Shown here: piece by piece, positions 45,874 to 59,987 of the stretch
Layout: each line of letters begins with the position of its first letter
Position numbering within the stretch: the stretch's first letter is position 1
Source: Eledone cirrhosa
Taxonomy: Eukaryota
Length of the DNA: 64,000 nucleotides
Direction: 5' to 3'
NCBI GenBank assembly: GCA_964016885.1
Contig: OZ024740.1
Location: 169,198,001 to 169,262,000, forward strand
Made by a program: the position numbers and the translations under genes
The notes under the pieces: generated by a model
Told to the model about the DNA's origin: nothing
The model's input: the letters and a program-made list of their open reading frames with translations, nothing else
Database searches by the model: none

Positions 45874-46143
45874 CGTTAATCAACTCAATAATATCTCTAT
45901 ATAATTCTCTATGAGGTATTTCTAGCTACCATTTATTGAGAGATTCAGTGCACCAGTTACAAATAACCTTGTTACTGCTTGGTTCTCAAAGATCCGAACT
46001 CAACAGTTCGGATCTAGCTGTCTAAACGGCCGGAGATCAGCCGTCGGGGTCCTGGCTCTTCTCCTATATATATATATATATATATATGAGTTTTACTATG
46101 AATTAACCATTTGTTTGGAATTAACAATTGATTGGTAGTTTTA

Positions 46144-46222
<79 letters not shown>

Positions 46223-46709
46223 CCGGACAGACGTTTATCCACGAAACTCGCGAGCCTCGCATGGTCCCTCAAGGACTCAAGTATGGACTACTCCATTCAA
46301 TGGAAAGCCATCACTAAGTCTAAGCCATACGCAAGGGGCAATCCGTCGTATTGATGAACGAATAAATATTCTAAAGAGATTACGCAATAGTGATTGCCTA
46401 AACCAAAAAATGAATTCTTCACACGTTGTCCACACGTCTGGAAACACCTCTTACATAACTACAAAGCTCCGGATTGAATTACAACATCCTAATTTTCTTA
46501 TCAACTAGAAACTTTCGGACTTTCGCAGTTATCTCCCTTACACCTCTCGCACGCAATTTAGTATTGCCTGTGTGAAGTGATCGTTTTTGCGCATGTGCGT
46601 TCGTACGGTTTTCCTTCCTGTTCCGTATAACCATGTCCATTACGAGCTGAGGATCTGCTAAGGTGAAACAATTGCTCTCGTAATGGTGAAATAACTGTTG
46701 TGTAACCAC

Positions 46710-46767
<58 letters not shown>

Positions 46768-47446
46768 TTAGGGTAAATATTGATGCAATTCAATTCAAGC
46801 ACTCAACGTAATTATTCCACATAGGAGTGACGGAGTAAAGTGATTAACAATTGGAATCCGATACAATTCTGTCTCTCGACCAGCCACCGATTTACAAACT
46901 TTACGTGGTGTCGGGAGAATAGAAAACAAATCTTTTCGTTCCCGTCCAAAGCATTCAGCCAACGTGTCTCAAACACAAATTAATAAGAAGTGAAAAGATG
47001 GTTATTAGAAAGAACAGTCCCACATCGATGTATAATAGAATGGTAGCATTCGGCTCATGTCTCCAAGTCCCATGGCTAGAGGAAAGCGATAGTAACAATT
47101 GAAGTGCCAAGAACCTTTAACGTACATTAAATGCCAGTACGGCATCCACGTGCGTAAACCAGTCTATTTCACAACTTAAAAGAGTGAAAGATGAAATTAA
47201 TAGCAGGAATTAGAGAGCATATCAAAACAAAAACACAATAAAAAAAGTAAAATATTTATCAATGCCAGGACCAGTTTTATCTCAGCGTACTCAATAGATA
47301 ATGTATCGTGCATTCCCATATATATATATATAAATTTATCCCGGGTTCAATCGGGGGTAACCACAGTAAGTAAGGTACTCAATACAAAGGAGTGTATAAT
47401 ATTGATTTCTTCCGAATGAAACAATTCTATTCCTGTAGAAGCCTTT

Positions 47447-47502
<56 letters not shown>

Positions 47503-47613
47503 TTAAAAGGTAAACAGAAATAACAACACAATCGGTACAGTATATGGAAGGTATATATCAGGTAAACGCTCGAAATAGCAGGAAGAGTGTCTTTATATAT
47601 ATATATATATTCA

Positions 47614-47792
47614 GAAATATTCATTAGTTAAGCAAAACAAAACCACAAATTTCACAAGGAAGACATTATTAAAAGATTGTCAACATATTTTAGTTTGATG
47701 TAAGGAATGTAGAGAATAATAATAATAATATTAATAATAATGTCTTCCTTGTGAAATTTGTGGTCTTGTTTTGCTTAACTAATGAATATTTC
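47614..47792. repeat. Inverted repeat (about 57-bp arms) adjoining a TA run
   Basis: gaaatattcattagttaagcaaaacaa..caaggaagacattatt versus its reverse complement at about 47736-47792. Confidence 0.85.
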
Positions 47793-47964
47793 CAGCTCTG
47801 CGCGCCTAACTTCTGCATGAACCCAGCCACCTACCTGCTATCCACTGCATATTGCACATTGAGCACATGCCTTTACACTTTGGCTTCTAACTAATTCACC
47901 AATCTCTCCTCTCCTATCTCCTCTCCTATCTCCATCTCTCTCTTTAAGATTGGTTACTCTTGAA

Positions 47965-48022
<58 letters not shown>

Positions 48023-48150
48023 GGTGTGGGATGCTTAAAGCGTCCGTAAGCGGTAGGCCGTTTGAGCACTCGATGTCCTAACAGAGCAGAGTCTGATATC
48101 ATATATATATATATATATATATGATATCACCCCCCCCCCCCCCCTCCCTC

Positions 48151-48221
<71 letters not shown>

Positions 48222-48415
48222 ATACTTGGACACTCACTGTTTGGTTGGTTTTCGCTTCTGTGTCTTTTATATCGGTTAATTTAATTTATTCGGTCCGCAA
48301 TGTTACCATTGACTGACCAACGGTCAAAAATACAGATACAATATAGACACAAACACATATATATAGTCTAACAAAGTTTGTTTCGACATACGATTTCATA
48401 CCAAAAATCTCGCAA

Positions 48416-48457
<42 letters not shown>

Positions 48458-49118
48458 GTGTCCGGAGTAGTGTGTGTGTGTGTGTCTGTGTGTGTGTGTG
48501 TGCATATGTGTATGTTAGTGTGTCTGTCTATATCTATATATACATTTACTAACAATTCATAATTACTTTTTCAATGAATGGAAAACTCACGTCACCTGAT
48601 GGTCAGTGAAAAAACGTATTTATCCTTATATGAAATAAATACAAATACATCGTACGCGAAATCTGTGGAATGCATTATATTATATAACATTATGCTGTAT
48701 TATATCACACTAGATAAAGTTTTGAAATTTAGTTAGTATGTACATATTCAGAATATTTTATATCACGGCAGAATTTTCAGATTTAAACAATATTCGTTTT
48801 TTTTCTTATCTCAATTGTTTTTAGTAAGTGAACATTTGCATATCTGTTGTAAGAGTTACCTCCCATAGTTCTGGAGAGATTGCAATCCAAAGTACGTAGT
48901 TAGTTTGGTGGTCCTCGAGTCATTAGTATGCTGATAACTGACTGGGAAATAAACGGTTCATATCCTATTTCAGACATTATATTGCGCTTGTGGCAAGGAG
49001 TCCTAATTCTTAAATTTGACCAGGGAAACTAGGAATGTGAGATATGATTTGTATCATATTATATATAAAGTGCAAAATTCAATTAGAAAGTGCATATTCT
49101 CTCCTCCCCCTCTCTCTC

Positions 49119-49177
<59 letters not shown>

Positions 49178-49389
49178 AGAGAGAGAGAGAGAGAGGGAGA
49201 GAGAGCTGGTGGTGGTGTTTTATTTGGAATGAAAGACAGAGTGGTCATTTTGGCATTACATTTGAAAGCTTTGGAGAGTTATTTCCCATAATTTAAAAGT
49301 TTAGTATGTTTCTTTGCCTATTCAGTTTGTGAGAGAGAATTCACAGAATTTGTGATAGAATCTGTATAAACATGATATTATTTACAGTA

Positions 49390-50037
49390 ATAATTGTTTC
49401 TACTTTTGGCACAAGGCCAGCAATTACGCAGTGCATTACTGGTACTTTATTTTATCGACCCCGTAAGGATGAAAGGCAAAGTGAACCTCGGCGGGATTTG
49501 AACTCAGATCATAAAGGGACGTAACTCTATGCTGCTAAGCATGGCGTCCGATCCTCTACCAATACTGCCAACTGCACAAGGCCAGCAATTACCCAGTGTA
49601 TTACTGGTACTTTATTTTATCGACCCCATAAGGATGAAAGGCAAAGTTAACCTCGGTGGGATTTGAACTCAGAATGGCAAGGGCCGTAACTCTATGCATC
49701 AAAGCATGGCGTCCGACCCTCTACCGATACTCCACCTAATAATAATTGTTTCTACTTTTTGGCACAAGGCCATCAATTAACCAGTGTATTACTGGTACTT
49801 TATTTTATCGACCCCGTAAGGATGAAAGGCAAAGTGAACCTCGGCGGGATTTGAACTCAGACTGCAAAGGGACGTAACTATGCTGTAAAGCATGGCGTCC
49901 GACCCTCTACCGATACTGCCAATCCACCGCCCTATAATAATTGTTTCTACTTTAGGCACAAGGCCAGCAATTGGCCAGTGCATTACTGGTACTTTATTTT
50001 ATCGACCCTGTAAGGATGAAAGGCAAAGTCAACCTCA
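49390..50037 (-). mobile_element. Head-to-tail tandem array of four SINE copies
   Basis: Four consecutive cores actggtactttattttatcgacccc.taaggatgaaaggcaaagt. The last copy is truncated. Confidence 0.9.
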
Positions 50038-50269
50038 ATAATGACAACTATAATGACAGTAATAATAAAAAAAAGGGAAACAAAGGGAATGAAAGATTAT
50101 AGAAATATAGAGAAAAAGAGAGAAAGAAAGAAGAAAAAGAACGGGAAGGGGAGAAGATGGCAAAGGCTCTGGTGTCGCAGAATAGAGGGGAGGGTTGAAG
50201 GGGAGGGTGATTGGGCTTTGGGCCTAGGGCAAGGGGGAAGAAATGTTGCACGCCGCGGACAAGACGGCA

Positions 50270-50810
50270 AAAAGCATTCCCGCGGACGCTGGCCAGTGAC
50301 ACCCGCTGCAACAGCCATCCAACCTCGCGAGGCTCCCTTCTTAGATAGGCCACTGACGCTCCGATCTTGCAGAGGAGCTCGTCAGTATAGGGTCCAAGTA
50401 CGCCTGAGGTCTCGACGGCGACCGGTACGAAGAAGAAGCGGCCGGATAAACCCCGGTATTTGTTTATTTTTCGTTCTTTTGCGCGGCAAGCCGTGATGCG
50501 GGGTTTGTGGTCGAAGTGACTTAGTTGGGGGCAGAGAAGGTGTCGCAGTAGGTGGCGTCCCAGATGAGGGATCTACCGCCTTCAAAAGGAAAGAGGGGGA
50601 TTCCGTCGGGGCGCTTGCCATCTCCGCGGTCTAGGCCTCCTGCTCCAGTTGAGATGGAAAGCCAGATGCGTGCAGGCTTCTCAATATTTCATTGAGAGCG
50701 GCGTGTTGGGGGAACCTGCCTGCGCTCTGGTGGGAAGACAGAGGGTGCAGGCCGTACATGTTAACAACCGCCCCGCAGCGGTATTTATGTGGCTCACACA
50801 CGCGGAGGCC
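50270..50810 (-). mobile_element. CRE-like (RLE) non-LTR retrotransposon 3' relic
   Basis: HAALNEI..., RGDGKRPDG...[28 protein letters not shown] across frames. Confidence 0.8.
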
Positions 50811-51047
50811 ATGGGATAAACAGTTTTATATTAATGATATATATTCCAAACATGGAACTAGGTAGCTGCAAAGAGAAATTTGATACCACTCTCGCGCGCA
50901 CACACGCTCACACATACAGCTATACACATACATTTCTGCTATTCTCCACCTATTTTTTGTATCCTCTTTGGATGAAAGTACCTATATCTTCTTTCCAGCG
51001 TTACCCATTGTACCTATAAAGAGGGTGAGAGGTAGTGAGAGATATAT

Positions 51048-51330
51048 AATAATTGTTTCTACTTTTGGCACAAGGCCAGCAATTATGCAGTACATTACTG
51101 GTACTTTATTTTATCGACCCCGTAAGGATGAAAAGCAAAGTTAACCCCGGCGGGATTTGAACTCAGAACGTAAAGGGACGTAACTAAGCTGGAAAACATG
51201 TCCGACCTTCTACCGATACTGCCAATATAATAATAATAATAATTGTTTCTACTTTTGGCACAAAGCCAGCAATTACGCAGTACATTACTGGTACTTTATT
51301 TTATCGACTCCGTGAGGATGACAGGCATAA
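51048..51330 (-). mobile_element. Two tandem SINE copies
   Basis: Same family. The second copy is truncated. Confidence 0.85.
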
Positions 51331-51836
51331 AAACATTTGTGGTTGTCCTGCAAGTTAAATTAAATCAAACGCTGGTGCGTAGTAGTTACCACTATAATAA
51401 ACATTAGCAAATGAAAAATCTACAAAAATGACAAACGAATACAACTATTAACTTTCCTCTTCAGCAATCCCCTGGAAATACAATTTGGTACATTACGACA
51501 AGATTATGCTATTATATATAGAGCACCTTTAAATAATTTAGTCTCCAAAGAGATGCACACGTGAACACGACAACAAAGCATCAGGTAAGACAATAAATTG
51601 CACAGGTGAACCCAAACAAGAATATGTGTAGCGAAATCTCTCCACACATATTAACCGCCAAATGACACGGCAGAGATGCTTCTCTTTATCTCGGGTTGGC
51701 GCCAATGGTCTAGAGAAACTGGCCAACTTGAGATTGAAGAAGATAAGGTTTTCTTTAGATCATTTCACCTTCGTTTAAGATGCAGCCACTATATCACACA
51801 GACCTCCGTGGGGTCTCTCTCTCTCTCTCTCTCTCC

Positions 51837-51907
<71 letters not shown>

Positions 51908-52198
51908 TTTCTCTCACACACAAACAGTTTCTCTCCTTCTCTATTTCTCTCTTGGTCTCTCTCACTGTCAGACAAACGACTGTAAACCCATTACAGAAAG
52001 ACAGTAAATACCATCTTTGTATTCATTGCATGCACGCATCTATCGAGTTTCAATGCACTGTATGACCTTGCTATAACAATACAATTCAACCCTGACGTAG
52101 TAAATTGTTTTTCCACGAGGTGGCTGAAGAGGAAGATATTTGCCTGTATTCGTTTGTCGCTTATGCCTGATTTTCCATGTGCACATTTGTCAATATGT

Positions 52199-52266
<68 letters not shown>

Positions 52267-53043
52267 GTGTGTTTGTGTGTGTTTGCGTTTGTATCTGTGT
52301 CTGTGTTTATGTTCCGTAACTGAGCGGTTCGACAAAAGTATGCTTGAAAAAATAATGGGGGTCGATGTAATCAACTTTAAGAAGGTGGCCTAGTAAGGCA
52401 GCTGTTTTATAACGGAAACCATTAAAAGGATGGCATTTAATGTTTTAGGCACTACCATTGTTACTGGCGCACTATTTCTCGCCATGGGACTTGGAGACTA
52501 GGGCTGAATGCTACCATTCTATTGTACAGCGATAGGAGACTGATATTTTAATAACCGTTTTTCACTCGTTTGTTAATTTGTGATTGAGACACGTTGACTG
52601 AGAGCGGACCTATTTGAATTTCGTCTCCTGCCGTCACGTAAATTTCTGAATGGCGAATCGACTGGCGGCATTATGATGACACGTAGGGATTTCATTTGGT
52701 AATGTTTAACTGTATTGGCGGTCACATTCAGTCATAGCCGACACGAACTGGAATCAAATTCTATCGCTCGATTGATTATTGATTAGGCGAAACCCGCTGA
52801 TGAAGCCACATGCGCCGATTGTGTATTGTTGCATAATAAATGCAGACAATAGATTGCTGCATTAAGTGTGGCAGAAACTCGAGTACGGGCATAGTTTGAA
52901 GGTACCCATTTACATGTGTTGTGTTAAAGAGAATAACTATGTGTCTACTCTGGGAGTTTACTTAACATTACCTATTGAGTACGTTGAGATGCAACCGGTA
53001 CTAGCAGTGAAACCCATGCTAGTATCGTCTATCTACCTATTAT

Positions 53044-53151
<108 letters not shown>

Positions 53152-53699
53152 ATCAGGAAGTACAGCTAGAAGTTGAACAGAAAAAAAAATGCTTCTGTTG
53201 TTTCGATTCATTGATATGCTAATATTTGGTGTTGCTTTCTCAAAGCACCGGTGACATATCATGCTTTGAGAAAGCAACTGTATTAGAATTCGTAGAAGAA
53301 TGAGAACTGAACGCAAGGAAGCTGTTAAAACAGCAAACTCCCATCAATGACAGCGTCGGGTAAAGTTTACCTCAAAAGATAGAAATTAGTGGCTAGAAAT
53401 GTGTTGGTCCAGAGAAGTGATAGGAAGAAAGGGGAAAAGGGAGAATATGGGTGAGGGAAGATCACTTAAACATTTATATATACTCTATATCAGCTTTTAG
53501 ATCGTCTGTGGTTTCACACGATTTAACTAAAAGCTAATGAGTGTGTATAAATGTTTGTGTAATCTTCTCTCACCCATTTTTTCCTTGGTGGAAAAATAAT
53601 GGTTACAGCCAAATTTACTAGGGAAAATAAACTGGAGACAAAATTCTAGTACATGCCTACAACGTCTCATATGTATATACATATATATATATGTTTATA

Positions 53700-53765
<66 letters not shown>

Positions 53766-53853
53766 CGTGTGTATGTGTGTGTGTGCGTGTGCGTGTGCAT
53801 AATGACACACACACACATATATTTAAATATATATATATATATATATATATATA

Positions 53854-53899
53854 CCTGATGATTTCTAAAGAATGAAACAGTTCTAGTCCTGTAGAATCT
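53854..53899 (+). ncRNA. Family A hammerhead whose 5' helix I strand is lost to the TA array
   Basis: C-CTGATGA-T TTC TAAA GAA T-GAAA-CAG ttctagtc CTG-TA^GAA. The cassette continues to about 53985. Confidence 0.7.
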
Positions 53900-54175
53900 C
53901 ATCTATATTAAAACTTTTATACTCTGCTATGTATTGAGTACCTTACTTACTGTGGTTACCTCCGATTCAACCCGGAAAACGTATATATATATATATAGAT
54001 ATAGATAGATAGATAGATAAATATACACGGGTGTGTATGATTGTGTATAGAAGATTATATTAATAAAAGGAATTCCAACTTTGTCTGATTTACTCGTTTT
54101 ATTTACAATCCTTTAAAATTTATAATAGTATTATAATGAAATAGTATGGTAGAATATTAAATGTTAAGTGTTAAT

Positions 54176-54214
54176 TGAACAAGTACTTTCATGCTTTCGC
54201 AATCTTCAGGTTCA
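54176..54214 (-). ncRNA. Minimal type I hammerhead ribozyme (39 nt)
   Basis: TGAAC-CTGAAGA-T TGC GAAA GCA T-GAAA-GTAC-TT^GTTCA. Helix I is 5 bp, helix II is GNRA-capped, helix III is the palindrome GTAC, and the triplet is CUU. Confidence 0.85.
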
Positions 54215-54539
54215 TAATGTGTGGTGGCAGTCAAGTTTGCAATTTTCAACTGTAATGAGATGGGTAAATTTTGTACTTTATATACAGTGAAAAGTGGCTC
54301 CAGAATGCTAAATCTTGCAAACTGTATTTCGACCAATCGGTGTGTAGTTTCACTGAATTACTAAAGCTGATTGGTTTAGGCGTCACGGTTGGTTGAGCAT
54401 GTCTAACGACCACTAATTGATCCTATCCAAAGCATCAATTGTTTTGCTATTTTTAGAAATGATGAAAATAGCATTTTCTAGTAATCATCACCATCAACAT
54501 CACTTTTATTATTATTATTGTTGTTGTTGTTGTTGTTAG

Positions 54540-54610
54540 TGGTCGTAGTCGACATGGTCGTAGTCGACATGGTCGTAGTCGACATGGTCGTAGTCGACAT
54601 GGTCGTAGTC
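54540..54610. repeat. 15-bp minisatellite (ggtcgtagtcgacat), about 4.7 copies
   Basis: Seen directly, within the PLE 3' region. Confidence 0.9.
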
Positions 54611-55314
54611 ATAGTCATAGTAGGAGTAATCCCCATTATTATTGTTCATTTAGCTTGGGTTTGAATTTATCAATAAAATTATTTTCTTTGTTTTTTCTCT
54701 TGATATCACTTGGGCTGTGTAATTTGTAGAATGGGAATATTATAAATATTCCCTGACCACATGTTGCTATATGGTTACTTAGGGGTATCTGACGGACATT
54801 TGGGTCTTTGATTTGCTGTCGGTGTACCCGTGCACGTTCCGATAGTGCATTTCCAGTTTGACCGACATATAGTTCTTCACAATTCGGGCATTTAATGCAG
54901 TAAATTAGATTTCTGCTTTTGCAGTTCATATTTGCATTTGGGAATATTTTTCCAGTTTTTGTTTTCATATATTGACCGGCGTGTATGGATTGACATGTGC
55001 CGCATCGACTATCATTGCATTTAGATACAGTGAATGATTGGTCTTTGTTGTTAAGGTCAAACTTTGCTTTTGTTAGTAATTGCTTCAAATTTTTCGGCTG
55101 TCTTTTACTAAGAGTCAAAGATCGATCTGTGATTAATTACTTTGAGCAATGATCGGTAGGTTTGCTTTGGCAGTGTTGAAGATATTCTTCTGGTGACATG
55201 GGTTGTGTGTCATTATAAATGGTATGACCAGTTCTTGGTTTCTTCTTCTTTGGGTTGTCTTAAGTTGTTGTATAGGTATTTTTATAGCCCGCTACACATA
55301 TATACATATACATG

Positions 55315-55363
<49 letters not shown>

Positions 55364-56039
55364 CGAGAGAGAGACTGATTACTGTTATTGTTGGTGTGTT
55401 TTATTTTGCGCAGCGCTCTTTGTTTTTTTTTTCTTTAGGAAAATTTCAGAAATTCTTTATATTTTTCATAATTTGTATATATATATATAACTTATTTTAT
55501 TACTGAATGTTATAGAATTTAGTTAGCTGCTAAAATTGATGTGCAGCTAAATTTGTTATACTTCTACAATACACAATATATTTTTTAAATGTTTTAAATG
55601 TTTTACACAATTCCTAATAACATCTAAATACAATAAACATTTTAAAGCATCGAATGGATATGGGTCTCACCAGAGTAAAGTAGTAATTAAAGGGATCCAT
55701 AGCTAAAATATGGCTGAAATCACTGTTTTTAATAGTGCCAAAGAAATATATTTTGTTTATATATATATATGAGTGTGTGTATGTACATATGCATATATCT
55801 AAATGTAGAGGCAAGTCATATATTTTTCTTGAGACAACATACTGAAGTAGCCTACATTACAAGAAAAATAAATATTTCAAGACAAGATGGACTTGTTAAA
55901 AATTATTCTTTAGCGACAGCATTAAAAGTAAAACAAATTAGCAAAAAACAAACAAACAAAGCAAAAAAAAAAAATCACGACAAAAACAAAACAAAAATGG
56001 GAAAACGCAGAGTGGTAAATTCTCCTTCCTTGGCTGAAC

Positions 56040-56375
56040 AGTATATTTTAGCTGCGCTGCGCTGAGATGCCGCGCCTAGCAATCAATGCTACACACTGCA
56101 TCAGCCATTCCAAATCAAAGGGCTCCTTTCTCAAGCGTGATACCATGATCCTAATTTGGCGGAGGAATACAACAGTCTGGAGACCATGGGTACCGGTCGT
56201 CTTAATGGTGACCGATATAAAAAGGAATCGGTTCATCAACGCTTGATATTTAGTCACCTTCTGTTTCTCAGCGTTGTGAGCGACAACGCCTGAATTTGCG
56301 GCCGAAGCGACGAGGCTGGCATTCGATAAAGTGTCATAACATGTGACATTCCAGATGAACGACCACCCCAACTCA
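56040..56375 (-). mobile_element. Second CRE-like RLE relic
   Basis: IWNVTCYDT...AEKQKVTKYQAL...F......T.G..G...WLMQCVALIARRG. Confidence 0.72.
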
Positions 56376-57587
56376 AACTAGAATAAGGTTAACTGCGAGT
56401 TGTCGAAAAACATTACCAACTGCGACGGGCAGAATGCTCCCGTCTTTCCTTTTCAATGCAATCAAACTGGCTGAGACGAAAAGGTTAGTAATAGACTGAA
56501 GCAGATGTACACAGGCCCTAATATAATGTGGTGAATTTGGGCCCTTGAACAGCCTGGTTGCAAACCATTCATCCCACCATTGTTGGAAGAATTCAGGGCG
56601 TTGATCATGTCTTCATGGAGGCGGTCAAAGAGATATGACAAGCAGTGGCTTGGTTTGTTCTGATATCAGTCGGAGATTAAACTGCTTTGAACGACACGCG
56701 GTTAGAACCTCGAATATAGGCTCTTGGACGATGCCAACACCCTGTAATTTTGTAGACGATGCCAACACCCTATAATTTTGAGCTGACATGATCACGGAAA
56801 TGTCTCAAATAAATTATTGGGGACATGGTGCCGAGTGTCGATGCAGGTGAGAAACTAGAGAGAGCAGAGAGGATTGTTGGTGAAGGACGGTTAAAAATGT
56901 GATGTTACCACAGTGTCTCAAAGCAAGACATGAACCATGCAACATGAAGGCAGAAAGTGTTGAGGTGGATGATGTAATTAAGTGAAAAGTTGTTAGCAGG
57001 TCGAGTGTGTTCTCAGAGTGACGAAAATTAGTGTATTGAGAATTGCTTGTTTCTGTTTCCAAAGGTTGACTACCTGTTCTTTCAGAAAAGAAGGAAAGAA
57101 CACACAAACAGTTAGGGAAATATGAAGAGGAGGTGAAATATTGATATCTAAATTCTTCAAATATAGACAACCGTGACATGCATAAAACACAAACATTCAA
57201 GCAATATGTCAAAACATGCCTAGAATAAAATCTCGCGTTTTCCTTCTAATGTTGATGTCTTTCAATAAGCGACTTGACATATCACATATAATAAATACTT
57301 GCATACATAACTACGGAAACACAATGACGAATATTCATACTGGCCGAAATGACAAAAGAGTATTATTAATCATTGAGTTAGCTTTGTCTTTCAACCACCG
57401 TTTCTAATTGACATTTTGATGCTCACCGACTTAAATATGTTAACACTATCTTGAGTAATCTCTCCTTAATGTTTTATTGTATTTTATTTTGATTTATGAT
57501 AATTTTCACACTTATTCGTTTATAGCATTATACATCTACTTAATACATCAGTAAGTATGGTGAAGTTGATGATAGGATGAGGAGGTC

Positions 57588-57875
57588 TAATAATTGTTTC
57601 TACTTTTGGCACAATGCCAGCAATTACTCAGGCGGTCAAAGAGATATGACAAGCAGTGGCTTGGTTTGTTCTGATATCAGTCGGAGATTAAACTGCTTTG
57701 AACGACGCGCGGTTAGAACCTCGAATATAGGCTCTGGTACTTTATTTTATCGACCCCGTAAGGATGAAAGGCAAAGTTAACCTCGGCGGGATTTGAACTC
57801 AGAATGGCAAGGACCGTAACTCTATGCGTCAAAGCATGGCGTCCGACCCTCTACCGATACTGCCAATCCACCGCA
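57588..57875 (-). mobile_element. SINE interrupted by a 106-bp templated insert
   Basis: SINE halves flank 57630-57735, which is a copy of 56619-56724. Confidence 0.85.
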
Positions 57876-59249
57876 GGAGGTCTAATAATACTAACATATA
57901 TCTGCAGTGGTCTACCACACTTGCTGAAATAATTAAAACAATAATAGTAATATAGTTATCATTTCATTATCGCATAATAGTTGTCTTTTCATTATCGCAT
58001 GCTTATGAAAAGCTAATTAAACATTATCGCATGATTATGTTTAATTAGCTTTTCAATGTTCACTGCACTAGATATGATAACAGCAATTTAACTATTATTT
58101 TTCATGCGGTTGGTACGAATTGTTGCAGAAAGTTTAGGACTGCAAAATATTCTGGTGTCGGACGGGTGAATTCGTATTCCAAGAAGGGTTGAGAACATTG
58201 AAATTCCAGTGAACGATGAGTTCAGAGAAGAGTGACCTACGATAAACATGTTTTCGCTGCAGGTCAAGATATGGTCGAATAGCTGCTGATGGTGTTTGAA
58301 GATAACTAGAGATAGCAGATGAATTTAGAGGAAGGGAGACGGAAGCATTACGCTAGAGTAGCTGGTAGTCCTTCTTGATATTTAAATGAGACAGGCGAGT
58401 GTCAGGGGGCGTAGAGTCTACATATGCACAGATGTCAGCTTTTAGAGGAAGATTGGAATGTAGAGTGTAACTTGGACAACCCGAATATTGTGTAGTTAAA
58501 TGTTATGTGATTTGTCTATAGGAAAGAACAGTATTATATAATTTATGTATTACTAGGAAGTGCTACAAATGTTGATAAAAGAAGAGTAAAGTATCCAGCA
58601 GGTATTTCATTGTATTTTAATTACATTTTTATTTGGTTTGTAATTAAAGCTCATGAAGTAACTCTAATTACTACGTTGTTATGTGTAAGTAAAACTCTTC
58701 CTTCGTCCCTTGTAAATAATTCAGGCGAATATTAAAAGCTATTGATAAACGTCTTATGCATTTTGTGTTGTCCCTCTCTGTATTTTCAGTTGAGTGGTTT
58801 TCATATTACCATAGCTGTCATCATATTCCGCTCGTACATAGATGAATTTATAATATATTTCAGCTGCTTAGTGCATAATTCAGTAGGTAATATATATAGA
58901 AAATGTGCATGTATAGACACAGCCACAGAGATACACACGCATGCGGGCGCACACACGTGCACACACATGCATACGCACACACATGCATAGACATACACAT
59001 GCATGCACACACATGCGCGCGCGTACACATGCATATACACAAACATATACATATAGGATGAACCTTTGCACGGTTTCCGTCATCGAAATTTTGCTCAAAC
59101 GGTATTTATGAACTCGAGGCACTTGAACAAGATGCCACCTCGTGGGATTGAACCCGAAATAGCAGGTATGTGCAGTGATGTTCTAACAAAATAAACTTGC
59201 TTGAGCTTGTATGTAAATAAAAAATAATTTTGTTTAGGGAAGTGTGTAT

Positions 59250-59927
59250 ATTAGGGTGTTTCATATTTATAGAGAAAACAATTTTTTCGTCATGTCCATT
59301 CCGTTGTTATGAAGTTACGAGTTAAATTTCTTCGCTTTTGCTTTTTATAGCTCGAATGGGTTCCAGACACGTAAGAACCCAAAGTCTCGTTAAAAATAAA
59401 TTGATTGATTGATTTTACATTTCAACTTTCACAAAATGGGAAAAAGAAAGACCATTTGGTTGTTTTGGAAAAAAAACACGAGGAGCAGTTACCTCAGACT
59501 TGACTCCCGTTCAAACAAGAAATGCTGTTGTGTTTTCTCTACCATCACTTCGAACTCCGGGAGTCAAATTCAGTTGCTATCAAAAACACTTGTCAGAAGA
59601 TTCAGGAAGTGTCGGGGGAAGCAAATATCCCTACCAAAACAGAAAGAAAAACTTCTACACTTCAGTCAATAAACTGTAAAAGGAGTATCAAGGACCGAAA
59701 AAAGAAACGTCAAGGATGAACAACAAAGGAATTGCAAAGCGGGAGATTTGGAAAGGTGATCTCGATGAACCTTTTTGACATTGAGAGCCAGGACATTCGC
59801 AAACGAAAGGATGTCACATCTGAAGACAAAGCTTTTCATGAAGATCAGATGTCTTCATACATGGTTGGTGTTGATGTAGAGCACGTGAGAGACATTCAGA
59901 AGAAAGAAAAGAAGATTCATGATATGA

Positions 59928-59987
<60 letters not shown>

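Larger units (their letters stand above)
54050..55290 (-). mobile_element. 5'-truncated PLE (Neptune-like zinc linker plus GIY-YIG) with 3' region
   Basis: RQPKNLKQLL...CNDSRCGTC...CKSRNLIYCIKCPNCEELYVGQTG...R...H...E...I.KFKPKLN. HHR at 54176-54214. Confidence 0.88.

Noticed and set aside
49390-50037. Regularly spaced repeats as a CRISPR array
   Set aside because: The units are whole ~170-190-bp SINE copies with no unique spacers, the context is eukaryotic, and there are no cas genes.
52786-52807. GGC-GAAA-CCCG-CTGATGA-AGCC, hammerhead boxes in permuted order
   Set aside because: Only 4 nt separate GAAA and CTGATGA, leaving no room for helix III, the cleavage site or helix I. At best it is a deleted junction.
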